A stretch of DNA of 64,000 nucleotides, from contig CAYXDC010000003.1 in NCBI GenBank assembly GCA_964463505.1, positions 10,657-74,656 on the forward strand, in the 5' to 3' direction. The DNA comes from an uncultured Anaerolineaceae bacterium (GTDB lineage Bacteria; Chloroflexota; Anaerolineae; Anaerolineales; UBA4823). The notes beneath the pieces are model-generated. The model was not told the origin of the DNA, made no database searches, and saw only the letters and a list, made by a program, of their open reading frames with translations. This document shows, one piece after another, positions 38,640 through 46,925 of the stretch (its first letter is position 1; each line of letters begins with the position of its first letter). The position numbers were made by a program, and so were the translations under genes.

Positions 38640-39269
38640 CTAGCCAGTAAAATCTGGTCGCTCGCGATCATAATCAGCTGGAGTATCCAGGTCTTTAAGA
38701 ATACTCGGGGTCGTGACAGTTAAGTAATGGATTTGATCCCTATGCTGGTTCAAGAAATCTCGCAGAGTGGCCGGAGCATCTAAAGCGAACACATTGGGCC
38801 AAATTGTACGGCTTACCAGCCAGGGATGCCCGCGCCGGTTGTTAAAACTGGGTATGATTAATGGTGAGCCTGTCTCCTGATAAGCCTCAGCCAGGGCGCG
38901 TACGGTATCGACCTCAATTTGCGGCTGGTCACCCAGCGCCACCAGCGTTGCCTGGATGTTTTCGTGGTGCTTGCCAAGCCCAACTTGCAGAGAACGCAGC
39001 ATGTCGTTACCTGTGTATTGCGGATTGAAGATGGTTTGCACTGGCAAATGCTGCAAGGCAGTTTCCACATCAGTATAGCTGCCACCGGTGACCACGATAA
39101 CCTCTGCCAGCCCAGCCTCGAGCAATACTTCTGCCACCCTGGCAATGACTGTGGTTTGCCCCCAGGGGAGCACCATCTTGGGTTGGCCCATGCGGCGAGA
39201 TTGGCCGGCAGCCAGGACAACCGCGCCAATTCTTTTGGGAGTTATGGGTTGGGAATAGAGTGAACTCAC
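38640..39269 (-). CDS. mocA: MobA-like NTP transferase, probable molybdenum cofactor cytidylyltransferase
   Basis: AVVLAAGQSRRMGQPKMVLPW signature and LGDQP motif. Sits in a Moco-hydroxylase maturation context. Confidence 0.72.
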   Translation of the reverse strand: MSSLYSQPITPKRIGAVVLAAGQSRRMGQPKMVLPWGQTTVIARVAEVLLEAGLAEVIVVTGGSYTDVETALQHLPVQTIFNPQYTGNDMLRSLQVGLGKHHENIQATLVALGDQPQIEVDTVRALAEAYQETGSPLIIPSFNNRRGHPWLVSRTIWPNVFALDAPATLRDFLNQHRDQIHYLTVTTPSILKDLDTPADYDRERPDFTG

Positions 39270-39280
39270 TGTCTTTTCCC

Positions 39281-40618
39281 TTACAGGCGCTCCAGATCCG
39301 CTGGTGTATCGATATCCAGGCCGGCTGAGGCGTCATGCCAGGGAAGCCACTGCACCGGGTAGCGGCTGAAAATAGCTCTGCCGCCGATATCGCCCTGTAA
39401 CTGGCTCAGATCCTTAAAGGTGACGCGATCAAAAAGAACCGGGTTGCCGCGCTGGCCATCAATCAAAGGACCGGTGATGGGCTTGAAGGTGTAGGAATGA
39501 GATTCAACAAGTCTGGAAATCAACGCCATGGGTACTTGTGGCTGGTCGGCCAATAAAAAGACCGCCGCTCCCGCACGGACAGGCAGAGATTGCACCCCTT
39601 TAGCGACTGAAGTTCCCTGGCCTGCTTCCCAATGTGGGTTGAACACACATTTCACAGGTAAATCTGTTACAGCTTTTTCAACCTCCTTCGAATATGCGCC
39701 GGTAATCACCAGCACGGGAGCTAATCCTGCTTGCACAGCGGTGCGCGCAGCGCGATGCACCAGTGTCTCTCCTTGCCAGTGGATGAGTTGTTTGGGCTGG
39801 CCGAAGCGACTGGCGCTACCAGCGGCCAGGACGATCCCCGCAACAGTCTCAATGACTGCATGAATGGCAGGCTCGCCTCGAGCGGGTAAGAGGCTGCTAA
39901 TAATGACGGCTTCGTAAGCCCCCAGAAGATTATCAGCCATGCGCCGTGCCACAGCCTGTAGCTCAGGAGAATCGGCTTGATTCAGTAAGACCATGCGTCT
40001 CGCAGAAGGGGGAATATTTTTCAGTCCACCGGATGGGTGGTTCAGCACCTTCGTGATGGTCTGATAGGTAATCGAGTCGCCATCCGCCAGGCCAGATAGC
40101 TGTGCATAGATTTCGGGGCGGTGGACGGAATCAGGTCCGAAGGATTTGCCTGTCGCAGACAGACCTGCGCATACCAGTACCTGGTTCACCCAGCCTGGGA
40201 TAGATGGCTCTTGCTCGGCAGGAGCTTTCAATGGTAGCAGACGGGCGCCATCAGCCTCCACCAGCACAGGCCAACCACGCGCCTCTGCCAGGCGAAATAT
40301 TGCTTCCAGGGTTTCTGTACTCGGGCCTGAAATGCGCCCGGCGTTAATGCTTGTGCCGGTAAATAAAACTACCCCGGCAGGGCGTTGTAGGGCGAATTGA
40401 GCAACTTCATCTGGAGACTGGACCCGAAAGTGGGAATCTGCCTGAGCACATTGCTCCACAGCCAGGTGAGTGGTTGTGGTAAGCAGGACCGGCCCAGCCA
40501 GCGGATTGCACTGCTTGAGAGCGTTGGCGATGGCGAACATGGCGCTGGTTTTGCCGCCTGCCCCTACGATTGCCAGCCGGGCGGTGTTATCTAAACGCAG
40601 GGCCTGTGCCAGGTTCAT
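39281..40618 (-). CDS. yqeC: fusion of a YqeC-like accessory domain (selenium-dependent hydroxylase maturation) with a second MocA-like nucleotidyltransferase domain
   Basis: N-terminal LAIVGAGGKTSAMFAIA P-loop-like start with ..EADGAR..LKAP and ..VLLNQAD, typical of YqeC as I recall. The C-terminal half has IVLAAGSASRFGQPKQLIHW and LLADQP. Confidence 0.68.
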   Translation of the reverse strand: MNLAQALRLDNTARLAIVGAGGKTSAMFAIANALKQCNPLAGPVLLTTTTHLAVEQCAQADSHFRVQSPDEVAQFALQRPAGVVLFTGTSINAGRISGPSTETLEAIFRLAEARGWPVLVEADGARLLPLKAPAEQEPSIPGWVNQVLVCAGLSATGKSFGPDSVHRPEIYAQLSGLADGDSITYQTITKVLNHPSGGLKNIPPSARRMVLLNQADSPELQAVARRMADNLLGAYEAVIISSLLPARGEPAIHAVIETVAGIVLAAGSASRFGQPKQLIHWQGETLVHRAARTAVQAGLAPVLVITGAYSKEVEKAVTDLPVKCVFNPHWEAGQGTSVAKGVQSLPVRAGAAVFLLADQPQVPMALISRLVESHSYTFKPITGPLIDGQRGNPVLFDRVTFKDLSQLQGDIGGRAIFSRYPVQWLPWHDASAGLDIDTPADLERL

Positions 40619-40619
40619 A

Positions 40620-41456
40620 TCAGCCCCATAACATTTGACGGATATCTGGGCGGCTCAGGATGGCTTCCAAAACTCCACCGCCTATCGCCAGAGCTTTTTC
40701 GGAAACATACAGGGCATGACGAGGATCGCAGCGTGGATCCAAATCACCAATTTTCATACCCGCCTGCACGAAAACACCTGCATGCATAATCCCGCGCAGC
40801 AATCCACGAAATGGGGCGCAGAGCATCGCATTGCCCACCTGAGCGATAGGCTGCCCGGCTTCAATAATTGTTCCAATTTCTGCATAGGCATTCAGGATAC
40901 CTGCCCTGGGGGCACGTAGTACTCGCTCGGCCTGATGGGTGGTCTGAACTGCGGACTCTCTGGCGGCAACCCCTTCGGGGATACCTGTATCCGGCTGCGC
41001 TGTCCCATTCCAAATAACCCGTCCTAAAAAGTGCCCGCGATTAGTTTCAATAACCGCATGACAATTTTCCCCGGCATGGAAACCTGGTCCCAAACCGATT
41101 ACGAGTGGGGCGGCTTCGCGCCCAATTTCCGGGGAATGCTTCATCATACGTGCATCGATCAACACTGCCGGGGGTAATTTATGGCGGATATCACAGCTCG
41201 GATCGCAGAGTACAGGGATTTCGTGGGCCTGTAAGATAGACTGGACTTCTTCCAGCGTATTTGCTCGCCGTGCAGTTGCTTCCTCAACTTTTACCAGGCC
41301 TGTATACATCGCCTCAGCAAACGCTACTGTCCGGCGCACTGCTAACGGTTGCGGAATTTCGGTGATGATGGACTGCAGCCCCGCGCGCAAGCAGCGCAGG
41401 GCAACCCCTGAGGCCAGGTCGCCGCCTCCACGTAGGATCAAGGTTGCTGGAGTCAT
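40620..41456 (-). CDS. yqeB: YqeB-family (short, EF2563-type) selenium-dependent molybdenum hydroxylase system protein
   Basis: LILRGGGDLASGVALRCLRAGL..PQPLAVRRTVAFAEAMYTG..VEE pattern, recalled from the YqeB C-terminal domain. 1-nt gap to the yqeC-like gene. Confidence 0.65.
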   Translation of the reverse strand: MTPATLILRGGGDLASGVALRCLRAGLQSIITEIPQPLAVRRTVAFAEAMYTGLVKVEEATARRANTLEEVQSILQAHEIPVLCDPSCDIRHKLPPAVLIDARMMKHSPEIGREAAPLVIGLGPGFHAGENCHAVIETNRGHFLGRVIWNGTAQPDTGIPEGVAARESAVQTTHQAERVLRAPRAGILNAYAEIGTIIEAGQPIAQVGNAMLCAPFRGLLRGIMHAGVFVQAGMKIGDLDPRCDPRHALYVSEKALAIGGGVLEAILSRPDIRQMLWG

Positions 41457-41475
41457 ATCTGTGTGATTGATTGTT

Positions 41476-43707
41476 CTAGATGCGTCCTAATGCCTTCAAG
41501 ATGCGCTCAGGAGTCAAGGGAAACTCATGCATCCAGACCCCGGTGGCATCGTGGACTGCGGCAATCACAGCTGGAGCCAGGGGCATAAAGGGCATTTCAG
41601 CCATGCCGCGCGCTCCCCAGGGCCCACGCGGGTCGGCGAGTTCGAGAATCTGGCTTTGCACACAATCTGGCACATCCAGCACGGTAGGAATCAAGTAAGT
41701 GGAGAGGTGCTGTGTTTGCACATAACCATCTTTCTGGACAAAATTTTCCAGAATTGCATACCCGGCAGCCTGAACCACGGCGCCTTCAATTTGCCCCTGG
41801 ATCTGTTGGGGGTTAATGGCTTTGCCGACATCATTTGTCGATACCACGTCTTTCAAATGCACGTGACCGGTTTCAGTATCCACTTCCACCAGGACAGCTT
41901 GGGCAACATATCCGTAAGAAAAATTGGGCTCGCACTTGCCGGTTTCAGGAGCAAAAGGTGTGGTGGCAGGCGGGCGATATTGATAAGTACCAACGGCTGG
42001 ACGATCTTCAGCCTGCCAGCGTTCCAGGGCCAGGTTGGCCGCGCCGCGGATGGCATTGCCCGCCATAAAAGTCATACGAGAAGCTGAGACGCTGCCGGAA
42101 TTCTTGCTTGTGGCGGTGTCGGAGGCGATCAAGACAACCTTTTCCAGCGGCACGCCAACGGCATCCGCGGTCATCTGGCAAAAGGCGGTATGGGAACCCT
42201 GCCCGACCTCGGCACCGGCGTGCTTAAGAATCACCTTTTCGATATCTGTTTTACCGTATAGCTCGATAATCGCCCAGCAGTTTTCAGGCGCTCCGAAGGA
42301 AAAGCCCACGTTCTTATAGGCGCAAGCAAACCCAACGCCGCGCTTCAGATGAGGTTCGCTGGGTGAAAGATCAAACAAACCGTTTTTAGTTGCCGGGCGT
42401 GTCCAGCCTGCCGGCAACACCTCTTGCCACCCGCTGGTGCGGGCGCATTCTGCTACAACTTCCGGCAGACTGACTCCTTTGGGCAGCGGTGTACCGACGG
42501 ATAGTAGGGAACCTTCGCGCAGTACATTACGCAGACGGATCTCTACCGGGTCCATAGCGAGTTTTTCGGCCAGGCGGTTCATTTGCGTTTCGGCTGCAAA
42601 CGCTCCCTGTGGTCCGCCAAAGCCGCGGAAAGCTCCGCCTGGGATATGATTGGTATATACCGCATACGAGTCAACCTTCACATTGGGGATCTCATAAGGC
42701 CCCGTGCACATGAGTGTCGCATTTCCCAATACTTTCGTCGACGTATAGGCATATGCCCCGCCATCGGCGATGACTTCGACCTCGGCAGCGATAACCTTGC
42801 CAGCCCTGGTAGCTCCCCAGCGAGTTTTCACGATATAAGGGTGGCGTTTGTGATGCCCAATGATTGACTCTTCCCGACTCCAGATGATCTTAACCGGGCG
42901 GTCAATGCCTCTTTGGTGCAGCCGGTAAGTTGCCAGACCTAGCACAATCTGAACCGACATATCTTCGCGCCCACCGAAGGCGCCGCCAATCGCGGGATAA
43001 ATGACGCGTACCTGCTCCAGGGGCAAGCCCAGGGAATGAGCTATTTGTTCCTGGTCTTCATGGGTCCACTGGCCTGCAACCTCAACGGTCACCCGCCCTT
43101 GCTCATCCATATAGCTGATCCCGGCTTCAGGCTGCAGGTAAGCATGTTCCTGCGCGGGGGTGTGATACTCACCTTCCACAATGACATCTGCCTGAGCAAA
43201 GGCTGCCTCAGAATCGCCGCTGCGAATGCGGTAATGACAAAATACGTTTGAATCGCGGTCTGGGTGTAGGAGCACGGCTTCTGGCTGGCGGGCCTGGAGC
43301 AAGTCTGTCACCACTGGCAGTTCATCGTAATCCACTTTGATTAAATCACGCGCCTGAGCGGCAATCTCTTCAGTATCCGCGATGACCAGAGCTATTTGGT
43401 CACCCACAAAACGCACCCGCTCGGCAAAGGGTTTGGTAGAGCCCGGTCCGCACAGCACCGGCTGATCAGGCATGATCAGACCATATTCATTTACGGGCAC
43501 ATCTTTAGCCGTAAGAACTGCCAACACGCCTGGTAATGCTTCAGCCGTTGACGTGTCGATGTGGTGGATGATGGCATGCGGGCGATTGGCGAACAGGATT
43601 TTCATATGGGCCTGGTCAGGCCTGTTGATATCTCCAGGGTAATGAGCCTGACCTGTTACTTTGCTATAGGCATCTACGCGCTGGACAGATTGACCGATCG
43701 AGGACAT
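41476..43707 (-). CDS. xanthine dehydrogenase-family molybdopterin-binding large subunit
   Basis: 743 aa. Motifs GQAHYPGD, GGAFGGRED, GGAFRGFGGPQG and E..GQ.EG (QIEGAVVQAAGY), typical of the aldehyde oxidase/XDH a/b-hammerhead plus Moco domains. Confidence 0.9.
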   Translation of the reverse strand: MSSIGQSVQRVDAYSKVTGQAHYPGDINRPDQAHMKILFANRPHAIIHHIDTSTAEALPGVLAVLTAKDVPVNEYGLIMPDQPVLCGPGSTKPFAERVRFVGDQIALVIADTEEIAAQARDLIKVDYDELPVVTDLLQARQPEAVLLHPDRDSNVFCHYRIRSGDSEAAFAQADVIVEGEYHTPAQEHAYLQPEAGISYMDEQGRVTVEVAGQWTHEDQEQIAHSLGLPLEQVRVIYPAIGGAFGGREDMSVQIVLGLATYRLHQRGIDRPVKIIWSREESIIGHHKRHPYIVKTRWGATRAGKVIAAEVEVIADGGAYAYTSTKVLGNATLMCTGPYEIPNVKVDSYAVYTNHIPGGAFRGFGGPQGAFAAETQMNRLAEKLAMDPVEIRLRNVLREGSLLSVGTPLPKGVSLPEVVAECARTSGWQEVLPAGWTRPATKNGLFDLSPSEPHLKRGVGFACAYKNVGFSFGAPENCWAIIELYGKTDIEKVILKHAGAEVGQGSHTAFCQMTADAVGVPLEKVVLIASDTATSKNSGSVSASRMTFMAGNAIRGAANLALERWQAEDRPAVGTYQYRPPATTPFAPETGKCEPNFSYGYVAQAVLVEVDTETGHVHLKDVVSTNDVGKAINPQQIQGQIEGAVVQAAGYAILENFVQKDGYVQTQHLSTYLIPTVLDVPDCVQSQILELADPRGPWGARGMAEMPFMPLAPAVIAAVHDATGVWMHEFPLTPERILKALGRI

Positions 43708-43748
43708 TGTTCTACTCCAGGGTTAGGCTGTGATTATTGAATACATAT

Positions 43749-43856
43749 GTAATTCGCTATAAGTAGCTTAACAAATCGGGCTCTCAACCAGCGAATTACT
43801 TAAGTAAAACGCCTGGCAACAAGTTAGGTTTGGCTAAGTTTCTTTTGGCGTTTTAC
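43749..43856. repeat. two adjacent 10-bp inverted-repeat pairs joined by a 12-bp palindrome
   Basis: GTAATTCGCT (43749-58), 31 nt, AGCGAATTAC (43790-99), then GTAAAACGCC (43804-13), 33 nt, GGCGTTTTAC (43847-56). TTACTTAAGTAA (43796-43807) bridges the two pairs. Confidence 0.7.
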
Positions 43857-43895
43857 TATATCATGAATGATTATACCTCTCGTTTATTTGAGGTC

Positions 43896-43924
43896 TTGCC
43901 CGATCACAACGCTTGGGGTATAAA
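43896..43924 (+). promoter_or_regulatory. candidate sigma70 promoter of the histidine phosphatase gene
   Basis: TTGCCC (43896-901), 17 nt spacer, TATAAA (43919-24). Same -35 hexamer and spacing as the Rieske promoter candidate. Confidence 0.4.
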
Positions 43925-43966
43925 CATGCTGCTATATTCGATCTTAGTATTAGTTGAGTTAATGCT

Positions 43967-44692
43967 ATGCAGCTTTATTTCATCCGCCATGGTCAATCCA
44001 CCAATAACCTGCTTTGGGAACAAACCAGCACCAGCAATGGCCGCAGTATGGACCCGGAATTGACTGATAACGGCTGGCGGCAAGCGCGTCGCCTGGCCAA
44101 GTATTTGCGCGAGAATCAGGGTACCACTCCTACGGATAGCCGCGACTCACACAATGCCTATGGCTTTGGATTAACCCATCTATACAGCAGCCTGATGGTC
44201 CGAGCAGTTGCGACCGGCAGCCAGGTCACCCGCGCTTTGAATTTGCCCCTGGTGGGCTGGCTGGATTTACATGAAGAAGGCGGAATTTATTTGAATGATC
44301 CACAATCCGGAGAACCGGTAGGGTATCCTGGGAAAACCCAGGCTTATTTTGCTTCACACTACCCGGAGTTAGTCTTGCAGGATGGTGTCGCCAAAGAAGG
44401 GTGGTGGAATCGCCCATTAGAAACATCTTCAGAAAGCGCGGCGCGTGCCCGACGCTTTTTGGATGAGCTGCTGCGCAAACATGGCAATACCACGGATAGG
44501 GTGGCGGTCTTTAGCCATGGTGGATTTTACAATGCCTTCATGCGCCAGGTCCTGGGATTGCCGGGTGAGACGCGCAAGATTTGGTTCCAGATCAATAACA
44601 CAGCCATTACCCGCCTGGATTTCAGTGAGGGAGAAGTCATTGCAGTGTATCTAAATCGGGTCGATTTTCTGCCCGCAGACTTGATTACATAA
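43967..44692 (+). CDS. histidine phosphatase family protein (phosphoglycerate mutase-like)
   Basis: N-terminal LYFIRHGQSTNN (RHG catalytic motif) and C-terminal VFSHGGF. Confidence 0.85.
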   Translation: MQLYFIRHGQSTNNLLWEQTSTSNGRSMDPELTDNGWRQARRLAKYLRENQGTTPTDSRDSHNAYGFGLTHLYSSLMVRAVATGSQVTRALNLPLVGWLDLHEEGGIYLNDPQSGEPVGYPGKTQAYFASHYPELVLQDGVAKEGWWNRPLETSSESAARARRFLDELLRKHGNTTDRVAVFSHGGFYNAFMRQVLGLPGETRKIWFQINNTAITRLDFSEGEVIAVYLNRVDFLPADLIT

Positions 44693-45602
44693 CCTTTTTA
44701 CGGGAAAAAGCCGGACTTTCTGCCAGGTATACACCCACCAAGATCAAACCTCCGCCGCTGATTAGAGCAGGGTGGATATGCTCCCCGACCAAGATTGCAG
44801 CAGCGATCACCGCGATGACCGGCTCAATGTTCTGGATCGCAGCCAGAGACGATGCTGGGGCGCGCTGGAGGGCTCGGGTATAGATCAGGTGCGCAATCCC
44901 GGTGCATAATATTCCAATTACAAGTAAATTTAGCCAGGTTATGAGTGGGAGGTGGGCCAGCTCCAACCATCCATCTTGTTGGATCCATAAGGGTAAACAG
45001 AACAAGACCCCTACCAACATCATCACACTGGCAGTGATGATCGCAGGGCGATTGGATCCCACAATCCGGTTCAAAATCGAGTAGACTGCCCAGATCACTG
45101 CCGATGCCAGAACCAGCAGACTGCCTTGCGTCACGAGCTCCCCACCGTTGAACCAATTGGACACCCCATTGGTTGAAACCACCGCTGCACCCGTTGTTGC
45201 CAGCAAGACGCCGCTGCTTTGAAGCAAGTTGAGGCGTTCTCTCAGGAAAACTGCTCCCAACAAGACGATAAAAACAGGTGCTGTGGACGCCAGGAAGGCT
45301 GCTGCGCCCGCTGCAGATGTAACCTGACCATTGACTTGTAAGAGCTGATGCAGCGTGACCCCGACGAACCCCAGCAGAGTCATGGCAGGTAAGTCCTTCC
45401 AGTGCAGGCTGCTCCAGAGCTTTTGCTGGCCAGCAACTAAGAAAAGAAGCGCGCCACCCAAACCGAACCGCACTACAATCAAGGTAAGCGGGGAAACATC
45501 TTGTAACGCTAATTTGATCAAGGGGAAAGATATCGCCCACAAGGCGATGGCGATTGCGGTTTCGATCTGAGCCAGGCGATTGGTTGGGTTCGCCAATTTC
45601 AC
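44685..45602 (-). CDS. DMT/EamA family transporter
   Basis: 10-TM protein with two EamA-like halves. Start moved to GTG 45602 behind GGTGAGG, which removes the 26-nt overlap with the TetR gene. Confidence 0.8.
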   Translation of the reverse strand: MKLANPTNRLAQIETAIAIALWAISFPLIKLALQDVSPLTLIVVRFGLGGALLFLVAGQQKLWSSLHWKDLPAMTLLGFVGVTLHQLLQVNGQVTSAAGAAAFLASTAPVFIVLLGAVFLRERLNLLQSSGVLLATTGAAVVSTNGVSNWFNGGELVTQGSLLVLASAVIWAVYSILNRIVGSNRPAIITASVMMLVGVLFCLPLWIQQDGWLELAHLPLITWLNLLVIGILCTGIAHLIYTRALQRAPASSLAAIQNIEPVIAVIAAAILVGEHIHPALISGGGLILVGVYLAESPAFSRKKVM

Positions 45603-45615
45603 TTTATTACCAGCC

Positions 45616-46221
45616 TCACCTGGAACTCTGTGCCAGGCCATCCAGATAAATCAATACCAGATGATCGATTACTTCAGCAGGTGGGGGTAATTCAGTCGCA
45701 TGGGCTGGAAAGAAGTAGGGATACATCATTCCCAGTAGCGACCAGGTTGCCAGGGCAGGATTGAGCGGACGCAGTTCGCCCTTCTGGATTCCCTGCTCGA
45801 TAACTGACTGGATTTTCCCGATGAATTTTTCGTGGTAGTCGCGGTGAAAATTTTTCCTGGCTGGGGAGCTGATCTGAGCCATCTCCTGGCTGGCAAGGCG
45901 AATCGCCGCGCGTTGGTCCTGTGGCCAGGCCAGAATCGTGTGTACCAGGGCCTGGATCTGTTCCCGGCTGGTGGTTTGTCCCTCGACAGCCGCGTCGATC
46001 AGAACTTCAATTTCATTGAGTAGCTCGTTTAATACCGCCAGAAATAGTTCTTCTTTATCTTGAAAATGATAGTAAAGAGCGGCTTTTGAGACCCCCACCG
46101 CCCGTGCCAATACGCTCATTGACAGGCCACGATAGCCTTGTTCAATGAATAAGGCGCGGGCGGTGGTCAGGATCTCCTGGCGCATGTGTTTTGGTTCACC
46201 ATTCGATCCTTGCAGTGTCAT
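45616..46221 (-). CDS. TetR/AcrR family transcriptional regulator
   Basis: N-terminal HTH ARALFIEQGYRGLSMSVLARAVGVSKAALYYHFQDKEELF. Confidence 0.9.
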   Translation of the reverse strand: MTLQGSNGEPKHMRQEILTTARALFIEQGYRGLSMSVLARAVGVSKAALYYHFQDKEELFLAVLNELLNEIEVLIDAAVEGQTTSREQIQALVHTILAWPQDQRAAIRLASQEMAQISSPARKNFHRDYHEKFIGKIQSVIEQGIQKGELRPLNPALATWSLLGMMYPYFFPAHATELPPPAEVIDHLVLIYLDGLAQSSR

Positions 46222-46233
46222 ACAAGTTTTCCC

Positions 46234-46692
46234 TTAACCAAAACTTGGGAAGAGTGGTCGAGCCCAGGGCATGCCCATCAGGATCACCAACAATGCCAGA
46301 CCGAGCCAAATGGCGGCCAAACGATGTTTTTTATTCGGTTTATCAGCTTTGCGAGGCAGGATAGTGCCCAGGTGCGCAAAAACGACTGCCAGCAGCATAA
46401 AGACAGCGTGTTCAACGGCGAAAAAGCGTATCTCACTCTGACCCATGACGGTGCCCATATCAAAATTTTGGAAAGCCTTTAAGCCTACCGGACTAAAAGC
46501 CAGATAAAGCACTAAACCAACGAGGAGCTGTATATCCACGGACATCGCAAAGAATGAGCCAATCTTACGATCCGCTGGGATCCAGGCCTGCTTGCCAAAC
46601 CAGCCGATGAATGCTCGCAGAACGGCCAGGGCGCCCAGGATGACCACCACCCAGCGCAGAATATTATGAATAGCCAAAATCGTATCGTACAT
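46234..46692 (-). CDS. hypothetical 4-TM membrane protein
   Basis: 152 aa, first gene of the membrane-protein/TetR/EamA unit. No motif recognised. Confidence 0.55.
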   Translation of the reverse strand: MYDTILAIHNILRWVVVILGALAVLRAFIGWFGKQAWIPADRKIGSFFAMSVDIQLLVGLVLYLAFSPVGLKAFQNFDMGTVMGQSEIRFFAVEHAVFMLLAVVFAHLGTILPRKADKPNKKHRLAAIWLGLALLVILMGMPWARPLFPSFG

Positions 46693-46725
46693 AGGAAAAC
46701 CTCCGGAAGAATTATTTAGAATTCG

Positions 46726-46751
46726 GCTTACTTACCGACCGGTCAGTAAGC
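46726..46751. promoter_or_regulatory. imperfect palindrome, candidate TetR operator
   Basis: GCTTACT-tacc-GACCGGTC-AGTAAGC, in the divergent region between the TetR unit and the aminotransferase gene. Confidence 0.3.
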
Positions 46752-46925
46752 AGTGCAATCTTACCAGAATTATCCTGAAAAGTCCATTAACATTGGCTAA
46801 ATTTCCTTGTTTTACGTTATCCTATCCAGTCGTTAAATCTACTGCATGGTTATCCCGAAGCCGGGTTTTATGTTACGATTCAGTCAAGTACACACCACAA
46901 ATTCATCTAAAAAAGGGAAAAGCAT

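Noticed and set aside
41527-42087. 186-aa plus-strand ORF
   Set aside because: It is antisense to the Moco large-subunit gene. Shadow ORF.
43708-43966. Possible Moco riboswitch upstream of the hydroxylase large-subunit gene
   Set aside because: Reading the minus strand, I could not find the conserved Moco-motif core or its multi-stem layout. Only the inverted-repeat array reported separately is present. A covariance-model scan would settle this.
43830-44063. 77-aa plus-strand ORF in the AT-rich divergent region
   Set aside because: It starts inside the inverted-repeat array and runs out of frame into the histidine phosphatase gene, which begins convincingly at ATG 43967 (MQLYFIRHGQS).
44824-45540. 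238-aa ORF on the minus strand in another frame of the EamA transporter gene
   Set aside because: It lies on the same strand, out of frame with a well-supported 10-TM transporter. It has no RBS or motif and an Arg/Ser/Gly-rich shadow composition.
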